Source: an uncultured Bacteroidia bacterium | GTDB taxonomy: Bacteria > Bacteroidota > Bacteroidia > J057 > CALLMJ01 | NCBI GenBank assembly: GCA_938005475.1 | Contig: CALLNY010000003.1 | Coordinates: 2,540-66,539, forward strand | DNA: 64,000 nt | Direction of reading: 5' to 3' | Part shown: positions 1-9,765 of the stretch, in pieces | Position numbering within the stretch: the stretch's first letter is position 1 | Layout of the letters: the number at the start of each line of letters is the position of its first letter | The notes under the pieces: generated by a model | The model's input: only the letters and a program-made list of their open reading frames with translations | Told to the model about the DNA's origin: nothing | Database searches by the model: none | Translations under genes and position numbers: made by a program

Positions 1-153
1 AATCCCGACGGAATAATTAAGCATGGCTCCAGCGGAAAAATTATATTAACCAAAAAACTAAAATCAATTTATTTAGTCCCCCAGAAATCTACCTTTGAAA
101 TTCAGGATAAAGTATTTATTTATGCTGTAAAATCTGATAGCACACTTTATTAG
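1..153 (+). pseudogene. 3' remnant of an RND efflux periplasmic adaptor (membrane-fusion protein); 5' part lies outside the window and the C-terminus is missing
   Basis: Frame 1 reads NPDGIIKHGSSGKIILTKKLKSIYLVPQKSTFEIQDKVFIYAVKSDSTLY then TAG at 151-153. This resembles the distal segment of AcrA/HlyD-type adaptors but ends roughly 50-70 aa short and abuts pump residue ~19. Confidence 0.5.
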
Positions 154-1714
154 GATTACTAGCTTTGTTTCAGTTGCCAATTACTCAATACCCAGATATT
201 GCTCCGCCAGAAGTAGATGTCACCACCAAATATACAGGAGCGAATTCAGAAACCTGTGTTAAAGCGGTTGTAACTACATTCCTACTGGCTTTATCCCCGA
301 AGAAGACCAAGGAACAATCTATGCCAATATTACTACTCCCTCCGGCGCAACCTTAGAAAGAACCGAGCAAGTCGTTGATGAAGTACAAAAAATTGCTTTT
401 AAGTTAGAAGCCGTGAATTCTGTTTCTAGTATGTCGGGATACAGTATCTTATCCGAAGGAGTGGGGGCTATCTACGGTATGAACCTTATTTCCTTAAAAA
501 ATTGGAAAGAACGTAAAGAAACTGATAAACAAATCATTGAAAAACTAGAATCATTAGTAGCTCATATTAAAGATGCTCAAATTGAATTTTTTAGACCACC
601 CCCTGTCCCCGGTTTTGGTAATTCCAGTGGTTTTGAATTAAGACTCCTAGACCAAACAGGTACTAATGATTTCACTAAATTTAAACAAGTTACCGATGAT
701 TTTATTAAAAAATTAAATGAAAGACCTGAGATTAGTAACGCTTTTACTACTTATGAGCCTAACTTTCCACAGTATTTAGTTCAGATAGATTACGACAAAG
801 CGGCTACAAATGGAATTACTGCAAAGGATGCTTTAAGCACATTACAAACCCTAATCGGTAGTGAATATACAACCAATTTTATTCGTTTCGGGCAATTATA
901 TCGCGTAATGGTACAATCCGCTCCAGAATACCGAACCAAACCCGAAGATATCTTTAAATTCTACATCAAAAATAAAGAAAGAGTTATGGTGCCTTTTTCT
1001 TCGTTCGTTACTCTAAAAAAAGTTTATGGACCTGAACAAATAACGCGTTATAATATGTACTTGTCAGCTATGGTGAAAGGGCAACCCGCAAAAGGCTACA
1101 GCTCAGGTGACGCTATTGAAGCTATTAAAGAAACCGCACAAAAGTTCCTTCCTAAAAGTTATGGTTATGACTGGGCTGGTGCTACCCGCGATGAAGCTAA
1201 TGCAGGTAATAAAGCCATTTTTATTTACTTAATCTCTCTCGTTTTTATTTATTTATTGCTTGCCGCTCAATACGAAAGTTTTAAGTTACCTTTCCCTGTT
1301 CTTTTATCTTTACCTTTCGGAGTTTTAGGAGCTTTCTTATTTTTGTGGCTTTTTGGCCTACAAAATAATATCTACGCCCAAGTTTCTTTAATTATGTTAT
1401 TCGGAATTTTAGGGAAAAATGCCATTTTGATTGTAGAATACGCAGTATTAAAACAAAATCAAGGTCTAACTCCTTACCATGCTGTTGTAGAAGCCGCAGT
1501 TGCAAGATTAAGACCTATTCTAATGACCTCTTTTGCTTTCGTTGCTGGGCTTATTCCTCTAATGATTGCTACCGGTGCCGGCGCCATCGGCAATCAAACG
1601 ATAGGCTCCGCCTCCGCTGGTGGTATGACCGTCGGTACAATTATCGGTGTGATTTTTATTCCTAGTTTATTTTTGATATTCGCTAAAAAAAATAAAAAAA
1701 GAAAAAGTTACTAA
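144..1714 (+). pseudogene. RND (AcrB/HAE1-type) efflux permease with no start codon and a ~500-codon internal deletion
   Basis: nt 144-277 encode LLGLLALFQLPITQYPDIAPPEVDVTTKYTGANSETCVKAVVT, matching AcrB ~19-64 as recalled. From nt 278 a different frame reads IPTGFIPEEDQGTIYANITTPSGATLERTEQV..., matching AcrB ~563 onward, and continues through the C-terminal half (AAQYESFKLPF, GKNAILIVEY, RLRPILMTS) to the stop at 1714. Confidence 0.8.
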
Positions 1715-1716
1715 TT

Positions 1717-3150
1717 ATGAAAAACTTAATCACTTACAAACCTTTTCACAAACTTACTCTCCTTTTAATTTGTCTTGTGTTATACAGTTGTAACTTGAAT
1801 ACAGAGCTAAATCTCTCTAAAACTCGTTTTGATAACCTTGTTCCCTTCGCTAATTCATCTAATAATATCGGACAACTTTCTTACAAAGATTTTTCCAAAG
1901 ATGAATTCCTTAATCAACTCATTGATAACGCCCTAAAAAATAATTTTGATTTGCAAATTGCTGTACAAAAATAGAAACCTTCAGAAGCCAATTCATAGCA
2001 AGTAAAGGGCTACTCTACCCTAAAACAGAACAAAATATTAGTCTCGCATTGAGAAAATATGGGCTTTACACGATGGACGGTGCCGGCAATATTACGACTT
2101 TCATTGAACCTAATAAAATTGTTCCTACTCATTTGCCTGATTTTTTGTTGGTTTTCAATCTCAATGGGAAATTGATATATGGGGAAAACTGAAAAATCAA
2201 AAAAAGCCGCTTATCAACAGTTACTAGCTTCAGAAGACGCTAAAAAATGGGTCCAAACACAACTTATTTATGCCATTGCAATCCTTTATTATGAACTTCT
2301 AAGTTTAGATTATGAAATCGAAACCGCTAATCTAACCCATGAAAAACAAAAAGATGTCCTACAAATTATTCATTATCAAAAAGATGCAGGTAAGATAAAT
2401 GAATTAGTGGTAAGCCAATTTGAAGCTCAACTTTTAGGTATTCAAATCCTAAAAAATCAACTAGAACAAAAAAGTAAAGACATAGAAAATCAAATTTTAT
2501 TTTTATGTGGTAGTTTACCTCAAAATATTCGTCGCAATAAAAATGTACTCAACCAAAATTTCAATGTAGATTTAAATATTGGAAGCTACGAACAATTCCT
2601 TCAACAAAGACCCGATATACAAGAAGCCGATAAGCTATTACAAGCCTCTCAATTTCAATGGATAGCATCAAAGAAAGCTTTTTTCCCTTCCTTGAATTTC
2701 ACTAGTTTCGCCGCATCACAAGCTTTCCGTTTAAATTTACTTTATTTGTTTCCAGCTTCCTTAGCTTATTCGTTGTTTTCTTCCTTCTCTACCCCTTTAA
2801 TTAATCGAAACAATTTAAAAGCCCTATTTTTATCTTCAAAATCTCAAGTTTTTCAATCTTTTTATTACTACCAAAAAATTGTTTATCAAGCCTATTATGA
2901 AATAGCAATTGTTTATTTCTTCCTGAATAAACAAAAAGAAATTGTAGAATTCAGCGAAAAACAGAGAGATAAACTTAATCAATCCGTAGAAATTTCTAAA
3001 GAACTTTACAAAACTGGAGAAGCAACTTATTTAGAAGTACTACTCGCTCAACAAAATGCGTTAAATGCTCAAATCAATTTGATTGAAGAAAAGAAAAAAC
3101 TTAAAATTGCAGAATGGAACCTCTACAAATGTTTAGGAGGAGGAAGATAA
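1717..3150 (+). pseudogene. Efflux outer-membrane factor lipoprotein (NodT/TolC family) broken by three 1-nt frameshifts
   Basis: Lipobox LVLYSC at the N-terminus. ORFs 1717-1974 and 2179-3150 join through two intermediate frames if one base is restored in each run: A 1967-1971, T 2141-2146, A 2199-2205. The restored text contains WEIDIWGKLKNQKKAAYQQ. The reconstructed protein is about 479 aa. Confidence 0.8.
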
Positions 3151-3156
3151 ATAGAG

Positions 3157-3735
3157 TTATTTTAAAACAGAATTTAAAGCCGTTTTAAATTTAGTATCCA
3201 TTACACTAACAGTAGGCTCTATACTTTCTACGACTTTTCCTTCCTTATCAACTATAAACTTTTGGAAATTCCATTTCACTGGGGCATCCAAAACGCCGTT
3301 CATAGATTTTTGTGTAAGATACTGATATAAGGGATGTATATCTTCGCCTTTGACAGATATTTTGGCAAACATAGGAAAGGTTACACCATAATTTTTTGTA
3401 CAAAAATCTTTAATTTCTGAATTAGTACCTGGTTCTTGGGCACCAAAGTTATTAGCAGGAAATCCTAATACAACCACTCCTTTATCTTTATATTGCTCGT
3501 AGAACTCCTGTAAATCTGCATATTGAGGTGTTAAACCACATTTTGAGGCAACGTTTACAATGACCAGAACTTTTCCTTGATATTGGCTTAATGAAATTTT
3601 TTGACCATCAATAGTAATCACTTCAAAATCATGTACTGAACTCATATTCTTTGGATTTTTATTTTGCTTTGGATTTTGGCATCGCGCCATCAATACACTA
3701 AAAAATAAAACTGTTAATAATAAATATTTTTGCAT
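3157..3735 (-). CDS. Glutathione peroxidase with signal peptide (Cys type)
   Basis: VIVNVASKCGLTPQY, LGFPANNFGAQEP and WNFQKF motifs. Catalytic codon is TGT (Cys). N-terminal hydrophobic signal. Confidence 0.9.
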   Translation of the reverse strand: MQKYLLLTVLFFSVLMARCQNPKQNKNPKNMSSVHDFEVITIDGQKISLSQYQGKVLVIVNVASKCGLTPQYADLQEFYEQYKDKGVVVLGFPANNFGAQEPGTNSEIKDFCTKNYGVTFPMFAKISVKGEDIHPLYQYLTQKSMNGVLDAPVKWNFQKFIVDKEGKVVESIEPTVSVMDTKFKTALNSVLK

Positions 3736-3770
3736 AATTTAATAACGCAATTACAATTGAAAAGGTTCCA

Positions 3771-4901
3771 TTACAACCTTTGCGAAAGTTGTTGAATTTT
3801 TTGTTTTTTCCATTCATGAAAACTACCTTCTACAATTTTTTTTCGGGCTTCTTTAACTAAACTCAAATAAAAATGTAAATTATGAAAGGAAGCAATAGCA
3901 AAGCCCAATAATTCGTGATTTTTGAGTAAATGATGCAAATAAGCCTTGGAATAATTTCTATCACTGAACAAATCGGAGTTTTCATCGATAGGAGAAAAGT
4001 CAGTTTTATATTTGGAATTCATGAAGTTACGAATACCATCATGAAAAAATAATAATCCATGCCTTGCATTACGAGTAGGCATTACGCAATCAAACATATC
4101 TACGCCCAACGCAATTGCTTCTAAAATATTAACGGGAGTACCAACTCCCATCAAGTAACGTGGTTTGTTTTCAGGTAAAATATTACAAACAATATCAGTC
4201 ATTTCATACATCAGTTCAGGGGGTTCTCCCGTAGATAATCCACCAATAGCGTTTCCTTCAAAATCTAGTGACGCAATTTTTTCAGCAGAATTTCTTCTTA
4301 AATCCGCAAAAGTAGAACCTTGTACAATCCCAAATTGTGCTTGAAAATGTTCATATAGAGGTTGAGTATTGAGAAAATGTTTTCTACCACGTTCTTCCCA
4401 GCGGTGAGTTAGTTCCATAGATTTTTGGGCATATTCATATTCACAGGGATAATGGGTGCATTCATCTAAGGGCATCATAATGTCCGAACCTAATATTCTT
4501 TGCATCTCGACCACATTCTCAGGAGTAAAAAGTAATTTAGAGCCATCTAAATGGGATTGAAAAGTTACACCACGCTCGCTGATTTTTCGTATTCCTTTTA
4601 AGCTGTATACCTGAAAACCACCAGAATCCGTCAGGATAGGTAAATCCCAGTTCATAAATTTATGCAATCCACCGGCTTTTTTAATGATATCCGAACCAGG
4701 GCGAATAAATAAATGATAATTATTCCCTAAAATGATTTGGGCTTTAATATCGTTTTTAAGTACTTCTTGTGGAACGGCTTTCACAGTAGCTTTGGTACCC
4801 ACCGGCATAAAAATAGGAGTTTGCACAGCACCATGCGCTGTTATAAGTACTCCTGCACGTGCCTTCCCATCCGTTTTTTCTACCCTGAACGCAAAAGACA
4901 T
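3771..4901 (-). CDS. tgt: Queuine tRNA-ribosyltransferase (tRNA-guanine transglycosylase)
   Basis: ARAGVLITAHGAVQTPIFMPVGT, LTDSGGFQV, GLSTGEP and MFDCVMPTR motifs. Start moved to the ATG at 4901 (MSFAFRVEK), which abuts the upstream gene end at 4903. Confidence 0.93.
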   Translation of the reverse strand: MSFAFRVEKTDGKARAGVLITAHGAVQTPIFMPVGTKATVKAVPQEVLKNDIKAQIILGNNYHLFIRPGSDIIKKAGGLHKFMNWDLPILTDSGGFQVYSLKGIRKISERGVTFQSHLDGSKLLFTPENVVEMQRILGSDIMMPLDECTHYPCEYEYAQKSMELTHRWEERGRKHFLNTQPLYEHFQAQFGIVQGSTFADLRRNSAEKIASLDFEGNAIGGLSTGEPPELMYEMTDIVCNILPENKPRYLMGVGTPVNILEAIALGVDMFDCVMPTRNARHGLLFFHDGIRNFMNSKYKTDFSPIDENSDLFSDRNYSKAYLHHLLKNHELLGFAIASFHNLHFYLSLVKEARKKIVEGSFHEWKKQKIQQLSQRL

Positions 4902-4902
4902 C

Positions 4903-6237
4903 TCACAAAGAACCAAATATTAATCTATGTCCTTTTACACCGAAAAACTGTCCATTTTGATAGGCTATTCTTCCGTTCAGAAAAGTAGTATCTACTTCAA
5001 AATCAAAGGTTTGACCTTCAAAGGGAGACCATCTACACTTATAATATAAATTTTCTTTGCTGACCGTATGTTTTTTATTTGGATTTACTAACACCAAATC
5101 GGCATAATACCCTTCACGGATAAATCCTCTATCTACAATACGAAACAAAATTGCAGGATTGTGAGCTGTTAATTCGACCACTTTTTCAATGCTAATTTTT
5201 TGATTTTTTACTTGCTGTAACCAGAACAATAAACTATGTTGAACTAATGGACCTCCTGATGGGGCATCCAAATAAGGTAAAGATTTTTCTTCCCAAGTAT
5301 GCGGTGCATGGTCTGTTGCGGCTACATCTATAGAACCATCTAAAACCGCTCTCCATAGAACCTCTTGGTCTTCTTTCGTTTTTATTGCAGGATTCCATTT
5401 GATAAAGTTGCCTTTCGTTGTGTAATCTTGGTCATTGAAAGCCAGATGATGTATGCAAACTTCTGCAGTAATTTGCTTTTTTTCCAATGGCGTTCTATTA
5501 TCGAATAAACTAACCTCTCTTGCAGTAGAAATATGCAAAATATGTAAACGAGTTTTATATCTTTTAGCTAATGCAACGGCTTTGGAAGAAGATAAAAAAC
5601 AAGCATCAGCATTCCTAATCAAAGGATGATGAGCAGCTTTGAGCTGATTCCCAAGTTCTTGTTGTAATTTTTTTAGATTACTTTGGATAGTGGGTTCATC
5701 TTCACAATGAGTTGCAATCAACATATGGGAATTAGCGAACAGATTTTCCAAAGTTTTTTCGTTGTCAACTAATAAATTCCCTGTGGAAGAGCCCATAAAT
5801 ACTTTAATTCCACAGACGTTTGTTGGATTAGTTTTGAGCACTTCATGGAGATTATCATTAGAAGTTCCCATGTAAAAAGAATAATTAGCATAAGCTTTAT
5901 GGGAAGCGAGAAGATATTTTTGTTCGAGGAGTTCTTGGTTTAGTGTAGGCGGTTTAGTATTAGGCATATCCATAAAGGAGGTTATCCCCCCCGCAATGGC
6001 GGCTTGAGATTCCGTAGCAATATCCGCTTTGTAACTTAAACCGGGTTCACGAAAATGAACTTGGTCATCTATTAAGCCGGGTAATAACCATAAATGCTCA
6101 GCGTTGATCTCCTTAGTTTGATGTTTGACGGTAATTTCAGGAGCGATTTTTTCAATTCTTTCGTTTTTTATTAGTACGTCGCTTACGAAAGTATTTCCTT
6201 CATTAGTAATTCGTGCTTGCTTAATAAGATAGTTCAT
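4903..6237 (-). CDS. pyrC: Dihydroorotase-family cyclic amidohydrolase (444 aa)
   Basis: DDQVHFREPG metal-binding motif, DMPNTKP and ATDHAPH. ATGA overlap with the adk stop at 6234-6237. Confidence 0.75.
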   Translation of the reverse strand: MNYLIKQARITNEGNTFVSDVLIKNERIEKIAPEITVKHQTKEINAEHLWLLPGLIDDQVHFREPGLSYKADIATESQAAIAGGITSFMDMPNTKPPTLNQELLEQKYLLASHKAYANYSFYMGTSNDNLHEVLKTNPTNVCGIKVFMGSSTGNLLVDNEKTLENLFANSHMLIATHCEDEPTIQSNLKKLQQELGNQLKAAHHPLIRNADACFLSSSKAVALAKRYKTRLHILHISTAREVSLFDNRTPLEKKQITAEVCIHHLAFNDQDYTTKGNFIKWNPAIKTKEDQEVLWRAVLDGSIDVAATDHAPHTWEEKSLPYLDAPSGGPLVQHSLLFWLQQVKNQKISIEKVVELTAHNPAILFRIVDRGFIREGYYADLVLVNPNKKHTVSKENLYYKCRWSPFEGQTFDFEVDTTFLNGRIAYQNGQFFGVKGHRLIFGSL

Positions 6238-6800
6238 GCTTGCAGCACTCTTTCTATTCGTTCAAATACCTCTTGAACTGTACCTACGCCATCAATGGAA
6301 TAGAACTTATTTTGTTTTTTATAGTGATCGGCTACGGGGAGGGTTTTAGAATTATATTCTTGAATACGTTTTTCTATTATTTCTTCGGTGTCATCGGTGC
6401 GGTTTAATTCTTTTGCTCGTTGTAACAAGCGCTGTTTCAAGGTATTAAAAGGAACTTCAAGAGCTACCATAGAATGGATAGATAAATTTAATTCTGCAAG
6501 CATTTTATCTAGTGCTTCTGCCTGCGCGACCGTTCTCGGGAAACCATCAAAAATAAAGCCTTTTGCCTGAAGATTTTGGTTAATTTGATTTTTAATCATT
6601 CCAATAACCACTTCATCAGGAACTAAAAGGCCTTGGTCTATCAATGTTTTAGCCTTCAGTCCTAATTCGGTTTGGTTTTTCATTTCGTTTCTGAGCATAT
6701 CGCCCGTGGAAAGATGTACTAATTGATATTTTTTGATAATATTTTCAGCTTGGGTCCCTTTTCCTGCCCCAGGAGGACCGAATAACACAATGTTTTGCAT
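6234..6800 (-). CDS. adk: Adenylate kinase (short lid form)
   Basis: P-loop GPPGAGKGTQ, LSTGDMLR and FDGFPRT. Confidence 0.95.
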   Translation of the reverse strand: MQNIVLFGPPGAGKGTQAENIIKKYQLVHLSTGDMLRNEMKNQTELGLKAKTLIDQGLLVPDEVVIGMIKNQINQNLQAKGFIFDGFPRTVAQAEALDKMLAELNLSIHSMVALEVPFNTLKQRLLQRAKELNRTDDTEEIIEKRIQEYNSKTLPVADHYKKQNKFYSIDGVGTVQEVFERIERVLQA

Positions 6801-6818
6801 ACAGAAAAAAAGAAGGAA

Positions 6819-7565
6819 TTAAAATTTGGTAGTAAATAAACCGAAGCCTACACTAAATCTTAGGTAACCACCTGCAAGGGAAGGTTTACTGACTTGAGAA
6901 ACTGTTGTGCTGCCTGTGCTCCAATCTTTTGAGCCTACATTAAAAAATGCTCCTAGATCTATACCAATCATTAACAATCCTTTATCATTAAAACAATATC
7001 TCATTGAAGCCCCTAATTCCGCTACGCCTGTTTGGGATTCTAATTCTTTGGCTGTAATTCTTTCTATGGTTACGTTATCGCCATAGATAATATCTACATT
7101 ACTGTAATTGGTGAGGTTCATTTTAGAGGTTCCTACTTGATAACCTAAAAAAGGATAAATCAAGTAGTTATTTTTGTTGTAAAGTAAATATCCTACGTTA
7201 CCACCGATAGTTTGCGTTTTTACTTTGGATTGTCCTTTTTCTGACTCGGATGCATCAAAAGCGAAACGATTAAATGAAGCACCAATAATAATTTTAGAAG
7301 AAATTACTCCATTTAAACTAGCGCCCCAGTGAGAGCCTAATCCTCTAATAAAAAATTTATCTCCAAAGGTAGTATTCTTTTTTAGGTCTTTTTCTAAATC
7401 TCCGAAGGATGCAAAACCTGCTCCGCTATGTACCCCCAAAAAGAAACCAAAATCTTTTTTTGAGTCTGATTTAAAAGAATTTGCCCCTTGTATAAAGGTG
7501 TTCTCCTGCGCAACCGTTTGCAGATAACCGAATAATATCAAAATGCTAAAAGCAATTCTTTTCAT
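6819..7565 (-). CDS. Hypothetical outer-membrane beta-barrel protein
   Basis: Signal peptide ending TVAQ, alternating beta-strand-like pattern and a C-terminal aromatic residue (..FTTKF). No recognised catalytic motif. Confidence 0.45.
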   Translation of the reverse strand: MKRIAFSILILFGYLQTVAQENTFIQGANSFKSDSKKDFGFFLGVHSGAGFASFGDLEKDLKKNTTFGDKFFIRGLGSHWGASLNGVISSKIIIGASFNRFAFDASESEKGQSKVKTQTIGGNVGYLLYNKNNYLIYPFLGYQVGTSKMNLTNYSNVDIIYGDNVTIERITAKELESQTGVAELGASMRYCFNDKGLLMIGIDLGAFFNVGSKDWSTGSTTVSQVSKPSLAGGYLRFSVGFGLFTTKF

Positions 7566-7648
7566 TGCACTATTAAATGATTAGCAAAATAAATTCAAAA
7601 CTTTTAAATCTCCAAATTCTATTTAAAAAAAGAAGCTTGTTATGAAAT

Positions 7649-8305
7649 TTATTTTTTACTGAAAACATTATGGTAATCTTCTAAAAATTTTTCTAGACCG
7701 ATATCCGTTAGGGGGTGTTTTATCATACTTTCAAACACTTTGTAGGGCATAGTAATAACATCTGCACCAGCTTCAGCACATTGCACAACGTGTAAAGTGT
7801 GTCGGATACTTGCGGCTAAAATCAAAGTGTAACATTCCATATTGTCAAAGATTTGGCGAATAGAACGAATTAATTCCATGCCATCGTGTCCGATATCGTC
7901 TAATCTACCTAAAAATGGACTAACATAAGTGGCACCCGCTTTTGCCGCTACTAATGCTTGCACAGGGCTAAATATCAAGGTGCAATTGGTAGGTATTTTT
8001 TCTGATGATAGAGCCGCAATAGCTTTGATACCATCTTTTATAAAAGGAATTTTAATGACTATATTTTCATGAATTTTTGCTAATTCGTGAGCTTCTTTCA
8101 TCATGCCATCGAAATCAGTAGCAATGACCTCCGCACTGATAGCACCGTTAGGCACTAATTCACAGATAGTTTTATAGTGTTCGGCAATATTAGAAACACC
8201 TTCTTTTGCCATTAAAGTAGGGTTCGTGGTAACTCCATCTAATATTCCCCAAGATTGTATTTCTTGAATTTCTTTTAAGTTTGCGGTATCTATAAAGAAT
8301 TGCAT
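7649..8305 (-). CDS. Transaldolase family, short type (fructose-6-phosphate aldolase-like)
   Basis: [20 protein letters not shown]-terminus and IKIP around the Schiff-base lysine region. 218 aa is typical of the TalC/Fsa subgroup. Confidence 0.88.
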   Translation of the reverse strand: MQFFIDTANLKEIQEIQSWGILDGVTTNPTLMAKEGVSNIAEHYKTICELVPNGAISAEVIATDFDGMMKEAHELAKIHENIVIKIPFIKDGIKAIAALSSEKIPTNCTLIFSPVQALVAAKAGATYVSPFLGRLDDIGHDGMELIRSIRQIFDNMECYTLILAASIRHTLHVVQCAEAGADVITMPYKVFESMIKHPLTDIGLEKFLEDYHNVFSKK

Positions 8306-8349
8306 ACGATAAAATTTTTTGAATTAGCTGATGAAATACGATATAAATA

Positions 8350-8444
8350 AAAAAAGCAAGAGCGATATCGCACTGCTCAACCTGGTGCCGTTGCTTCCTT
8401 CCGGACCTGGCGGAGTGACCAAGGAACTGTCGTATCGCCTTGCA
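8350..8444 (-). ncRNA. ffs: Signal recognition particle RNA (small bacterial 4.5S type)
   Basis: Minus strand reads ..CCGCCAGGUCCGGAAGGAAGCAACGGCACC.., the conserved domain IV with GGAA tetraloop. Terminal helix GCAAGGCGAUA / UAUCGCUCUUGC is followed by a U-tract. A TAATTTTG box lies 5 nt upstream of the inferred 5' end. Confidence 0.88.
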
Positions 8445-8448
8445 TCTG

Positions 8449-8456
8449 CAAAATTA
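8449..8456 (-). promoter_or_regulatory. Bacteroidota -7 promoter box (TAATTTTG) for SRP RNA
   Basis: Exact TAnnTTTG on the minus strand, immediately upstream of the SRP RNA terminal helix. Confidence 0.6.
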
Positions 8457-8528
8457 GAACGCCAATCTTAAATCACCAAATTTTTTTGTATTTTTTTATT
8501 TTTTGATTGATTTACAGAACATTATTTT

Positions 8529-9617
8529 TTAATTTTTTGAACCAAATTCCATTAAATAAGCTTTAATGAACTCATCCAGCTCTCCATCCATAACAGCCTG
8601 TACATTAGAAGTTTCAACGTCTGTTCGTAAATCTTTGACCAATTTGTAAGGATGAAATACATAATTACGAATTTGAGAGCCCCATTCAATTTTCTTTTTA
8701 GAGGACTCTAATTTGGCTTTTTCGGCTTGTCTTTTTTCTACTTCAAGTGCATATAAACGGCTTTGTAATAGTTTAAGAGCTTTATCACGATTTTGATGTT
8801 GAGAACGTTCCTGTTGGCATTCTACAATGATACCCGTAGGTATATGTTTCACCCTTACTGCGGACTCGGTTCTATTGACATGTTGCCCCCCTGCTCCACT
8901 CGCTCGGAAAGTGTCCCACTCTAAATCTGCGGGATTGATTTCTATTTGTATATCCGCATTCACTAATGGATATACAAACACCGATGCAAAAGAAGTATGG
9001 CGCTTTGCGTTAGCATCAAATGGAGAAATCCTTACTAAACGGTGAACACCCGTCTCAGATTTTAAATACCCATAAGCAAAAGCTCCTTCAATTTCTAAAG
9101 TTGCACTTTTAATCCCCGCTACATCCCCTGCCTGCTCGTCTATCATAGAAACTTTATATCCATGTTTTTCTGCGTACATAATATACATTCGCATCAACAT
9201 TGCCGCCCAGTCTTGCGATTCCGTTCCCCCTGAACCCGCATTAATAGTAAGTATACAACTCAATGAATCCTCTTCTTCGGAAAGCATATTCTTAAATTCT
9301 AATTCTTCAAGTGCTTTCAATGTTTGGTGATAATACTCCTCTAATTCTTTTTCTGGCATGTGCCCAGTTTCCCATAATTCCTTCGCAACCTCTAATTCTT
9401 CATATAAACTCTGTACTTTCTTATAAGCTTCTGTCCATATTTTAAGGGAAGAAATTTGTTTTAAAATAGATTGAGCCTCCTCAGGATTGTCCCAAAAAGC
9501 TGGTCCTAATGTTATATCTTCTAATTCTTTAATTTTTTCTTCTTTCTCCTCTATTCTTAAATAATTTTTTAATGCCTGTACTCTATCCTGAATTTCCTTG
9601 AATTGTTCTACATTCAT
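8529..9617 (-). CDS. prfB: Peptide chain release factor 2, encoded in one uninterrupted frame
   Basis: SPF tripeptide (RISPFDA) and GGQ motif (SGAGGQHVNRTESAVR). Full length at 362 aa. Confidence 0.95.
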   Translation of the reverse strand: MNVEQFKEIQDRVQALKNYLRIEEKEEKIKELEDITLGPAFWDNPEEAQSILKQISSLKIWTEAYKKVQSLYEELEVAKELWETGHMPEKELEEYYHQTLKALEELEFKNMLSEEEDSLSCILTINAGSGGTESQDWAAMLMRMYIMYAEKHGYKVSMIDEQAGDVAGIKSATLEIEGAFAYGYLKSETGVHRLVRISPFDANAKRHTSFASVFVYPLVNADIQIEINPADLEWDTFRASGAGGQHVNRTESAVRVKHIPTGIIVECQQERSQHQNRDKALKLLQSRLYALEVEKRQAEKAKLESSKKKIEWGSQIRNYVFHPYKLVKDLRTDVETSNVQAVMDGELDEFIKAYLMEFGSKN

Positions 9618-9742
9618 ATGTACTGCAAAATTAAAAAAATCTACGATTAAACTTTTGAATAGATGATAAGTTTATCTGATAACTATTCCTCTTTATATTC
9701 CGTAGAAAAGTTCAAAGATTTTTAATTTAAATTAAAATATTT

Positions 9743-9750
9743 TATATTTG
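9743..9750 (+). promoter_or_regulatory. -7 promoter box (TATATTTG)
   Basis: Exact TAnnTTTG 16 nt before the ATG at 9766. It overlaps the ORF-track TTG start at 9748, which argues against that start. Confidence 0.5.
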
Positions 9751-9765
9751 CTTAAAAATTATTTT

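Noticed and set aside
1967-2205. Phase variation as the explanation for the homopolymer frameshifts in the outer-membrane-factor gene
   Set aside because: Three independent tracts are all off by one, in a gene whose operon partners carry irreversible deletions. That fits decay or sequencing error better than a reversible on/off switch. The question is left open under the corresponding finding.
3538-3540. Possible selenocysteine (in-frame TGA) in glutathione peroxidase
   Set aside because: The catalytic codon is TGT (Cys) in VASKCG, and the ORF has no internal stop.
4732-4988. ORFs 4732-4923 and 4737-4988 on the plus strand
   Set aside because: They lie antisense to the tgt start and the dihydroorotase end. 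Their composition is low-complexity and no motifs are visible. They are shadow ORFs.
9530-9617. Programmed +1 frameshift site expected near codon 25 of prfB
   Set aside because: The minus-strand reading is continuous (..AAA AAT TAT TTA AGA ATA GAG GAG..). There is no in-frame TGA and no CTT TGA C-type shift site, and the single ORF covers the full RF2 length. This gene is simply of the non-frameshifted type.
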